Shown: positions 1 through 5,455 of the stretch, one piece after another
Layout of the letters: each line of letters opens with the position of its first letter
How positions within the stretch are numbered: the stretch's first letter is position 1
Origin: a virus
Direction: 5' to 3' (one strand)
Length of the DNA: 5,714 bases
Virus record (IMG/VR): IMGVR_UViG_3300045988_004603
Span: 1-5,714 of that record
Translations under genes and position numbers: made by a program
The notes under the pieces: model-generated
Databases searched by the model: none
What the model saw: only the letters and a program-made list of their open reading frames with translations
What the model was told of the DNA's origin: nothing

Positions 1-57
1 TATCACAAAAACGATATCATCAACGAAGTTATGGAGGATAACAACAATGACTTTTGA
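1..57 (+). CDS. 3' end of the second RHH-like ORF (duplicate of 5596-5652 caused by the terminal redundancy)
   Basis: Reads YHKNDIINEVMEDNNNDF* in frame, identical to the C-terminus of ORF 5452-5652. Confidence 0.8.
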   Translation, partial: YHKNDIINEVMEDNNNDF

Positions 58-119
58 ACTTTATGCAATCAAAGACGAGCTGGCGGGCACCTTCGGAAAC
101 ATCATGGTAATCAATCCGA
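1..119. repeat. Terminal direct repeat, copy A (identical to 5596-5714); a circular-genome assembly overlap
   Basis: Base-by-base comparison shows 1-119 (tatcacaaaaacgatatc...ggtaatcaatccga) equals 5596-5714. ORFs run seamlessly across the junction. Confidence 0.97.
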
Positions 120-304
120 TCGTTAAGGAAAGAACCTTCAAGTGGATGACCCAAGAGATGGAAAAAAGCGACTGCGAGGATAAGCGGGTCTATCATCTGG
201 GGCAGTACGACACCGAAACCGGCCTGATCACACCGTGCATGCCGGAGATGGAATGGAACATCGAACAGGTCAAGAAAACCATGGAGGAAAAAAAGGATGG
301 TTAA
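47..304 (+). CDS. VP5: Gokushovirus VP5/ORF5-like small non-structural protein (proposed analogue of phiX174 protein C)
   Basis: 85-aa ORF. GGAGG at 33-37 lies 9 nt before the ATG. The N-terminal F-x-L-Y-A-I-K-D-x-x-A-G-x-F block and the later Y-H-L-G-Q-Y-D-T-E-T-G-L-I block match, from memory, the conserved pattern of gokushovirus ORF5 proteins (F/Y..D.K...F..P ... L..IG.FD..TG). The gene sits immediately upstream of VP3. Confidence 0.65.
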   Translation: MTFELYAIKDELAGTFGNIMVINPIVKERTFKWMTQEMEKSDCEDKRVYHLGQYDTETGLITPCMPEMEWNIEQVKKTMEEKKDG

Positions 305-770
305 AATCTTTACACCCTATGGAGATGAAAAACCGAAAAGAGAGCCAAACGAGCCGGGAAATATTCTGGAACCGCAGTATAAAGAGCGGTACGATGAAAA
401 CGGGAATGCCTATCTTGAACAGGTCGGAGAGATCAACACGTATGAAAAAATCCAGAGCTTCAAAGACGAAGTTGACCCAATGAACATCCTTGCAAGGTAT
501 GCAGCAGGTGACACAACGGTCATGGCGAATCCTGGTTGGTACATCGACACGAGCAAATTACCTGCAAACTATATCGAGTGGCGGAACCTGATGAACGAAC
601 AGAAAGAAAGGTTCGAAACACTGCCGCTAGAAATCCGAAACAAGTTCGACAACAACTTCGATACCTGGGCAGCAACCGCAGGAGAGCCGAAATGGCTGGA
701 AAATATGGGCATTATGACGAAAAACGATGCTACAACACAACCTGATCAGAGCAAGGAGGCAGCAGAATGA
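297..770 (+). CDS. VP3: Internal scaffolding protein VP3
   Basis: 157-aa ORF. GGAGG at 283-287 lies 9 nt before the ATG, and the start overlaps the VP5 stop (ATGGTTAA). The blocks NTYEKIQSF, DPMNILARYAAGD and ERFETLPLEIRNKFDNNF are typical of gokushovirus VP3 (Chlamydia-phage scaffold family). The gene sits directly upstream of VP1 with an ATGA overlap. Confidence 0.85.
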   Translation: MVKIFTPYGDEKPKREPNEPGNILEPQYKERYDENGNAYLEQVGEINTYEKIQSFKDEVDPMNILARYAAGDTTVMANPGWYIDTSKLPANYIEWRNLMNEQKERFETLPLEIRNKFDNNFDTWAATAGEPKWLENMGIMTKNDATTQPDQSKEAAE

Positions 771-2458
771 ACAGAAACAGTGAACAACACTACAACCAGG
801 TACCACACGCAGAAATCAGGCGAAGCAAGTTCAAAAGAGATTTTTCACTGCTGACTACGATCAACGAGGGCGATCTGGTACCGATCTACACCGACGAAGT
901 GTTGCCTGGCGACACTTTCAAAATCGATGTGAACGGCCTGGTCAGAATGGCCACTCCGCTCTATCCAGTCATGGATAATTGCAACATGGATATTTTCTTC
1001 TTCTTCGTACCGTGTCGCTTGCTCTGGAATCACTTCGTGAACATGATGGGACAGAACGACAGTTCTTTCTGGGCAGAAACAACCGAGTACACAACACCAA
1101 CAGTAGAAGATCACGGAGGAAAAGGCTGGAAAGTAGGAACACTGGCAGATTACATGGGCATTCCAACAGGAGTGCCGGGCCTGAAAGTGAACAGAATGCC
1201 GTTCCTTGCATATGCGAAGATCTGGAATGAGTGGTTCAGAGATGAAAACTTACAACAGCCCGTAGAAGAAGACAAAACAGACAAAACACTGTGGTATGAA
1301 GAAACAGAGATAGGACAGCTGGGCGGGCCAATGAGAGGTGCAAACCTACTCAAAGTTTGCAAACACAAAGACTACTTCACCAGCAGCCTACCACAGCCAC
1401 AGAAAGGCCAGGCCGTGCCGCTGCCGCTGACAGGAAATGCAACGTTAAGAGCATACACCACGCCGGAACTAACCGAAATAAAAACAGGAACAGGATTTTT
1501 CAATAGCGAGTACAACAGCGGAATTATAAATCATGCAAACATCTCATTCACAAAACAAGGAGCAAAATTCAGCCTGAACAAAAACAACAACGGAAACAAA
1601 GCGCCGAAAAGCGGCGAAGAATACCTCGAAACAATGAGCCAGGACGATGCAAATTTTCTTGACGCATGGGTCGGAACGGACTTGAGCGCAGTCAACGCAA
1701 CCACGATCAACGAGCTCCGAAACGCTATCGCAGTACAACACATCCTAGAACGTGATGCCAGAACCGGAACCAGGTACAAAGAAATCCTAAAAGGGGCCTG
1801 GGGTGTAACATCGCCAGATGCACGACTTGACAGAAGCGAATACATCGGCGGATACAGAATGCCAATCAACATCAACCAGGTCATTCAGACCAGCAGCAGC
1901 AGCCAAATCAGCCCGCAGGGCAACACAGCGGCATACAGTATGACAACCATGTCCAAACACATGTGCACCTACAGTGCAACTGAGCACGGCTATGTCCTGG
2001 GCCTATGCTGCGTACGAGTAGATCACAGCTATCAGCAAGGTCTGAGCCGGATGTGGACACGCAGCACACGGTTTTCCTACTACGACCCGATGCTAGCAAA
2101 CCTGGGAGAACAACCAGTGCTTAACCAAGAAATCTATGCACAGGGTAACAGCAAAGATACCGAGGTATTCGGCTACCAAGAAGCCTGGGCCGACTACAGG
2201 TACCGCACAAACATGGTAACATCCGAAATGCGCAGCACCTACGCACAAAGCCTGGATGCCTGGCACTATGCAGACCACTACACGAGCATGCCGACACTGT
2301 CAAGCGACTGGATCAAAGAAGGCAGCGAGAACATCGCCCGGACGCTGGCAGTTGAAGATACCAATCATTCGTATCAGTTCATCTGTAACTTTTACTTCGA
2401 TCAGACCTGGACACGTCCCATGCCGATCTACAGCGTGCCTGGCCTTGATACGATCTAA
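767..2458 (+). CDS. VP1: Major capsid protein VP1 (Microviridae F-protein family)
   Basis: 563-aa ORF. AGGAGG at 754-759 lies 7 nt before the ATG. Hallmark blocks are RRSKFKRDFSLLTTINEGDLVPIYTDEVLPGDTF, MDIFFFFVPCRLLW, KDYFTSSLPQPQKG, TINELRNAIAVQHILERDARTGTRYKEILKGAWGV, RLDRSEYIGG and FGYQEAWADYRY. Confidence 0.97.
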   Translation: MNRNSEQHYNQVPHAEIRRSKFKRDFSLLTTINEGDLVPIYTDEVLPGDTFKIDVNGLVRMATPLYPVMDNCNMDIFFFFVPCRLLWNHFVNMMGQNDSSFWAETTEYTTPTVEDHGGKGWKVGTLADYMGIPTGVPGLKVNRMPFLAYAKIWNEWFRDENLQQPVEEDKTDKTLWYEETEIGQLGGPMRGANLLKVCKHKDYFTSSLPQPQKGQAVPLPLTGNATLRAYTTPELTEIKTGTGFFNSEYNSGIINHANISFTKQGAKFSLNKNNNGNKAPKSGEEYLETMSQDDANFLDAWVGTDLSAVNATTINELRNAIAVQHILERDARTGTRYKEILKGAWGVTSPDARLDRSEYIGGYRMPININQVIQTSSSSQISPQGNTAAYSMTTMSKHMCTYSATEHGYVLGLCCVRVDHSYQQGLSRMWTRSTRFSYYDPMLANLGEQPVLNQEIYAQGNSKDTEVFGYQEAWADYRYRTNMVTSEMRSTYAQSLDAWHYADHYTSMPTLSSDWIKEGSENIARTLAVEDTNHSYQFICNFYFDQTWTRPMPIYSVPGLDTI

Positions 2459-2472
2459 GGAGGTGCAGCACA

Positions 2473-3444
2473 ATGGCAGGATGGGGAGCAATCGCTTTGC
2501 AACTGCTGCCAAGCGTAGTGGGAGCCCTAGGAAACGTTGCAAGCAGCTGGATAAACTCGCAAGGGTCAAACAGCTCTGCAATGAATCAGAACACCATGAA
2601 CACACAAACTGGGAATACCAGCATGACCGGAAACACGAGCCAGACAACCGGCACACAAGGCGCACAGGTAACGCAAGGCAGCACATCCGGGATATCTGAT
2701 ATCCTGGGAAAAGCACTGACAGGCATCACCGGGAACAACAGTCAAACAGCAGCCAACTTTAACGCCGGACAGGCAACCACGGCAAACAACCTACAAAGCG
2801 GACAATGGGCACTAGGCAACTTAATGAACTTGTGGTCAAACGCCAGGGCAAACGAGCTGACAGCACAAAGCCAGGCCTCAGCAATGGCCTTTAACAGGGA
2901 AGAAAGCCAGAAGAACCGAGACTGGCAACAGATGATGAGCAGCACAGCCTATCAAAGAGGTGTAAAAGACCTGAAAGAAGCAGGTCTCAACCCGGCACTG
3001 GCAGCCTATAATGGTTTTGGAGCAAGCTCAGGCAGCGGGGGACAGGCAGCAGTCGGAAACTCAACTTTCAGCCACGCTCAGGCATCGGCTATACCGGCAG
3101 CACACACGGCCACCATGCAAGCAATGTATGACTACGGGAACAACACAAGCCAGTTCTTGCAAAATGCGATGCAAGCGATCAACACGGCAAAGGAAACCAA
3201 AAACTGGGAAGAAGCCGGTTATATGCAGAGTATCATGCAGAATATCGGCTCAACCAGCGCAAAAACGGTTGGAAACATTGCTCAGACCGCAAACAACACC
3301 TATAACAACAAATCCTCGGAAGAAACAGCAACAGCACCGAGAATAGCCACAGAAGCAGACAAAGCCATAAACGACCTGAAGAACAAATGGAACACAGGCG
3401 GAAAAGGCAAGTTCTCAGGCAGCGGAAGCGGCAGAGGAAGGTAA
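2473..3444 (+). CDS. VP2: Minor capsid / DNA pilot protein VP2
   Basis: 323-aa ORF. AGGAGG at 2458-2463 lies 9 nt before the ATG. It has a hydrophobic N-terminus (MAGWGAIALQLLPSVVGALG), a long Q/N/T/S/G-rich low-complexity segment and the conserved block SSTAYQRGVKDLKEAGLNPALAAY seen in gokushovirus VP2. It occupies the position right after VP1. Confidence 0.9.
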   Translation: MAGWGAIALQLLPSVVGALGNVASSWINSQGSNSSAMNQNTMNTQTGNTSMTGNTSQTTGTQGAQVTQGSTSGISDILGKALTGITGNNSQTAANFNAGQATTANNLQSGQWALGNLMNLWSNARANELTAQSQASAMAFNREESQKNRDWQQMMSSTAYQRGVKDLKEAGLNPALAAYNGFGASSGSGGQAAVGNSTFSHAQASAIPAAHTATMQAMYDYGNNTSQFLQNAMQAINTAKETKNWEEAGYMQSIMQNIGSTSAKTVGNIAQTANNTYNNKSSEETATAPRIATEADKAINDLKNKWNTGGKGKFSGSGSGRGR

Positions 3445-3474
3445 TTGACAAACACACAAAGGGGGGTGTATAAT
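3445..3474 (+). promoter_or_regulatory. Consensus sigma70/sigmaA-type promoter: TTGACA (3445-3450), 18-nt spacer, TATAAT (3469-3474)
   Basis: Both hexamers are perfect matches to consensus. The promoter starts immediately after the VP2 stop codon and lies about 40 nt upstream of the next ATG (3516). The expected transcription start is near 3481. Confidence 0.75.
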
Positions 3475-3515
3475 ATGGGTGTAAGAATCGTACACTTCAA
3501 GTAGGAGGACATAAC

Positions 3516-3686
3516 ATGCGAAGTCAAATGGCAAAAAGAATGAACATCAACCTGACACAAAAACAGATCGAAGAACTAGAGTTCATCAAAAGATGCAAAC
3601 TGTATGATAAATATATCGACAGTGATATCATAAGAGATGCAATTGACGTATACGCAGAAGCACTAGGATACCAAAAAACAGCTTGA
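3516..3686 (+). CDS. 56-aa predicted ribbon-helix-helix (CopG/Arc/MetJ-like) DNA-binding protein (RHH-1)
   Basis: Hand-translated, as it is below the ORF-track length cutoff: MRSQMAKRMNINLTQKQIEELEFIKRCKLYDKYIDSDIIRDAIDVYAEALGYQKTA*. AGGAGG at 3503-3508 lies 7 nt before the ATG. The layout is a basic tail, a beta-strand-like MNINLT, then two amphipathic helices. The second helix (SDIIRDAIDVY) resembles the S-x-x-I-R-x-A-I signature of RHH helix 2. Confidence 0.65.
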   Translation: MRSQMAKRMNINLTQKQIEELEFIKRCKLYDKYIDSDIIRDAIDVYAEALGYQKTA

Positions 3687-3763
3687 GTTACGGCTACCGC
3701 CTCACTCAGGGAAGAAACATTTGTCCATAACGAGTTACGAGCAGCATCTAAATTTTGTGTCAA

Positions 3764-3800
3764 TGGGCCCCAATAACATCAAGAAGGTTATTGGGGCCCA
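3764..3800. other. Perfect 14-bp inverted repeat (hairpin) with a 9-nt loop
   Basis: TGGGCCCCAATAAC (3764-3777), loop ATCAAGAAG (3778-3786), GTTATTGGGGCCCA (3787-3800). The arms are exact reverse complements. No T-run follows on either strand. It lies 8 nt upstream of the VP4 AGGAGG. Confidence 0.9.
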
Positions 3801-3826
3801 ATCAGGGAAGGAGGCATGAAACATCT

Positions 3827-4930
3827 ATGCCATGTACGAGGCCGTTGGTTAGAACCGTCATCAACCGACAAGAAAGAGTAGTCAGCCTAAAGGCATACCT
3901 ATCAAAAACAGGCGAAAGACTGGAATACGATGCAGACCCGAAACAGCAAAAGTGGAACGAACAACGGATTAAAAGAATGCTCAAAGAGCAGAACGCTCAA
4001 CTGCTGCCATGCGGGCACTGTCCTGGATGCAAAATGGCAAATGCAGCATCCTGGGCGAACCGAATGGAAATGGAACTGCCATACCATGAAAACGCCTGGT
4101 TCCTGACACTAACCTATGACAACGAAAATGTCCCATATCGAGCGACATGGGACACACTGACAGGCGAAGTGATAACAGAAAACCTCAGTCTATGCTATGA
4201 GGACATGCAGAAGTTCTGGAAACGTCTCAGGAGATACATAAAGTACCACGAAATAGAAACAGGAAAGCTGATGTATTTCCAAGCTGGTGAATATGGCAGC
4301 CAGACACACAGACCACACTATCATGCAATCGTCTACGATCTACCGATAAAGCAAGAAGAACTGAAAATTTACAAGAAAGAAAGAGGATACACATACTATA
4401 ACTGTAAATGGCTAGAAAAAATCTGGGGTATGGGACACGTAATCCTGGCACCGGCAGAATGGCGATCAATGGCATACACAGCAAGATACACAACAAAAAA
4501 GATTTACGGAAAGGACGGTAAAAAATTTTATGAAGAACTAGGTATAATGCCGGAACAGTGCCTAATGAGCAAAAAACCAGCAATCGGAGCACAATACTAT
4601 TACGACCATGCAAAAGAAATTTACGACAAAGACCAAATCCAGCTGAAAAACGGCAGATTGGTAAAGCCACCAAGATATTTTGATAAGCTATTCGACATTG
4701 ACCACGGAGCAAAACCGCTGACAGATGAAGAAGTGCAAAAAATCGAGAATATAACAGAAAAAGCCGAATCCGAAGAACTGAAAGCAATTAAAAGAGAACG
4801 TCGCAGAATTGCTAACGACGCACTCTTTGCTCAGTTACAACAGACCGGCCAGACCATGCAAGACTATTATAGCCTGAAGGACAAAAAAATGCAAGAACGA
4901 ATGAGCAAGCTAATTCGTACCGAGGTCTAA
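3827..4930 (+). CDS. VP4: Replication initiator VP4 (HUH rolling-circle endonuclease, phiX174 A-protein analogue)
   Basis: The track ORF starts at 3755, but that N-terminal extension is encoded by the palindrome and has no RBS. ATG 3827 gives MPCTRPL..., a typical VP4 N-terminus, and follows AGGAGG at 3809-3814 with a rather long 12-nt spacing. Motifs present are CGHCPGCKMANAASWANR, FLTLTYD (RCR motif I), RPHYHAIVY (HUH, HYH at 4316-4324) and YTARYTTKK (two catalytic Tyr at 4475-4477 and 4487-4489). Identity is near certain; the start codon is less so. Confidence 0.92.
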   Translation: MPCTRPLVRTVINRQERVVSLKAYLSKTGERLEYDADPKQQKWNEQRIKRMLKEQNAQLLPCGHCPGCKMANAASWANRMEMELPYHENAWFLTLTYDNENVPYRATWDTLTGEVITENLSLCYEDMQKFWKRLRRYIKYHEIETGKLMYFQAGEYGSQTHRPHYHAIVYDLPIKQEELKIYKKERGYTYYNCKWLEKIWGMGHVILAPAEWRSMAYTARYTTKKIYGKDGKKFYEELGIMPEQCLMSKKPAIGAQYYYDHAKEIYDKDQIQLKNGRLVKPPRYFDKLFDIDHGAKPLTDEEVQKIENITEKAESEELKAIKRERRRIANDALFAQLQQTGQTMQDYYSLKDKKMQERMSKLIRTEV

Positions 4931-5072
4931 GCCATGAATAAAAAAAATTCGGAAAATGTTAAAATACATCCATAAACCGCAACGATAAATCGACAATCGG
5001 AAGCGTACAACGAATCATAAAAAGCTACAAAAGCAAATAAAAGCGCAAACCGAAATCTGACCTATAAGCTAC

Positions 5073-5114
5073 GCTGTCCTCTATTCGTCGGCCGACCACG
5101 GCCGATCGGACAGC
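5073..5114. other. Nested GC-rich imperfect hairpin in the large non-coding region
   Basis: The outer stem pairs GCTGTCC (5073-5079) with GGACAGC (5108-5114). The inner stem pairs TCGGCC (5088-5093) with GGCCGA (5100-5105) around the loop GACCAC. CGGCCGA also occurs twice (5089-5095, 5099-5105). This is the only GC-rich island in an A-rich spacer. Confidence 0.7.
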
Positions 5115-5141
5115 CAACAACGGAAACAACATCAAGAACAG

Positions 5142-5173
5142 CAAGGTGGACAAAATTCCACCTTGTTTTTTTT
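5142..5173 (+). terminator. Rho-independent (intrinsic) terminator downstream of VP4
   Basis: The stem pairs CAAGGTGGA (5142-5150) with TCCACCTTG (5157-5165) around the loop CAAAAT. A T8 run follows immediately (5166-5173). Confidence 0.85.
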
Positions 5174-5200
5174 CTCTTTTTGATAAAATGAAACTATAAA
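5172..5200 (+). promoter_or_regulatory. Weak candidate promoter for the structural operon (-35-like TTCTCT 5172-5177, -10-like TATAAA 5195-5200)
   Basis: A promoter is expected between the terminator (5173) and the first coupled ORF (5229). TATAAA is a 5/6 match, the 17-nt spacer is right, but the -35 is poor (3/6). The alternative TTGATA (5180-5185) has no properly spaced -10. Confidence 0.3.
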
Positions 5201-5228
5201 CAAAATTACCGAAAGGAGGTTGAAAACA

Positions 5229-5336
5229 ATGGTCACTTTACAGGACATCAACGCAATTTTCAGGCATCTCAAAAAAATCCTGCACATGCTGGATAAGATT
5301 TACCACACACTGGAACTCGACAAGGAGGAAGAGTAA
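5229..5336 (+). CDS. 35-aa hypothetical protein (predicted single amphipathic helix)
   Basis: Hand-translated: MVTLQDINAIFRHLKKILHMLDKIYHTLELDKEEE*. AGGAGG at 5214-5219 lies 9 nt before the ATG. Its stop overlaps the next start (TAATG), consistent with translational coupling. I recognise no family. Confidence 0.5.
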   Translation: MVTLQDINAIFRHLKKILHMLDKIYHTLELDKEEE

Positions 5337-5455
5337 TGGCATACCGCAGCACTGTTAAACCGAAGACCGACAAAAAAGTTTTCACCAACACGGCAAAGAA
5401 AACCAAAAAGATCAACGTCAACCCGAAACCGAGCCGAGGAGGAATCCGACTGTGA
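5336..5455 (+). CDS. Small basic DNA-binding/packaging protein (gokushovirus ORF8-like, phiX174 J analogue)
   Basis: Hand-translated: MAYRSTVKPKTDKKVFTNTAKKTKKINVNPKPSRGGIRL*, 39 aa with about one third K/R. The F-x-x-T-A-x-x-T block and the C-terminal RGG-I-R-L match my recollection of Chlamydia-phage/SpV4/phiMH2K ORF8-type proteins. AGGAGG at 5323-5328 lies 7 nt before the ATG. Confidence 0.75.
   Translation: MAYRSTVKPKTDKKVFTNTAKKTKKINVNPKPSRGGIRL

Noticed and set aside
2444-2450. Similarity to the phiX174 origin (CAACTTG^ATATTAATAACAC...): CTTGATA at 2444-2450, AATAACA in the hairpin arm (3772-3778) and CTTGAT on the minus strand of the hairpin loop.
   Set aside because: These are only 6-7-nt matches, which are expected by chance in 5.6 kb. 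The best-looking match is on the non-viral strand. No contiguous phiX-type 30-nt origin is present.
2256-2699. 147-aa + strand ORF in an alternative frame spanning the VP1/VP2 junction. Similar embedded ORFs are 3011-3346, 979-1230, 536-745 and 235-483.
   Set aside because: Overlapping genes do exist in Microviridae (phiX174 B, K, E). These ORFs, however, are highly basic, low-complexity translations with no SD motif before their ATGs, no TM segment and no motif I recognise. They are most likely a by-product of the T-poor + strand, which yields few stop codons. They are worth a conservation check but are not supportable here.
3764-3800. The hairpin read as a rho-independent terminator, or as the terminator of an antisense RNA as in the pMV158 copG-repB spacer.
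   Set aside because: No T-run follows on the + strand (ATCAGGGAAGG) or on the - strand (TTGACACAAAATTT). A minus-strand TTGACA (3763-3758) exists, but no acceptable -10 lies 16-18 nt downstream of it (TCGTAA at best). An antisense transcript is therefore not supported.
3764-3800. The palindrome as a dif-like XerC/D site for chromosomal integration, as proposed for some lysogenic microviruses.
   Set aside because: The arm and spacer geometry (14 bp / 9 nt / 14 bp, with GC-rich outer ends) does not resemble the 11-6-11 dif architecture or the dif consensus sequences I recall. No integrase is present, and no host flank is available to test.
3685-3810. Short direct repeats in the RHH-1/VP4 spacer: GAGTTACG (3685-3692 and 3732-3739) and TCAGGGAAG (3706-3714 and 3802-3810).
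   Set aside because: Repeats of 8-9 nt are expected many times over in a genome this size. The second TCAGGGAAG copy is simply part of the VP4 SD region. They could be checked as binding sites, but on their own they are not significant.
3755-3826. The upstream ATG at 3755, given in the track as the start of the VP4 ORF.
   Set aside because: The extra 24 codons are encoded by the 14-bp palindrome and have no RBS. AGGAGG (3809-3814) lies inside this extension and serves ATG 3827, which gives a typical MPC... VP4 N-terminus. The out-of-frame ATG at 3816 (a 21-codon ORF) is only 1 nt from the SD and is unlikely to initiate.
4227-4787. 186-aa minus-strand ORF antisense to VP4. Other antisense ORFs are 2300-2716, 1531-1884, 3524-3763, 5269-5601, 845-1114 and 3300-3560.
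   Set aside because: All lie fully inside well-supported + strand genes. They are L/F/C/R-rich, as expected for the complement of A-rich codons; the TM-like stretch in 5269-5601, for example, is simply antisense to the Lys-rich J-like gene. I saw no SD motifs, and Microviridae encode all known genes on one strand.
4934-4975. A 13-codon ATG ORF (MNKKNSENVKIHP*) at the start of the large non-coding region. Also a 9-codon ORF at 3475-3504 downstream of the promoter -10.
   Set aside because: Neither has an SD motif, both are very short, and both are A-rich and compositionally indistinguishable from the spacer. The 3475 ATG lies upstream of the predicted transcription start.
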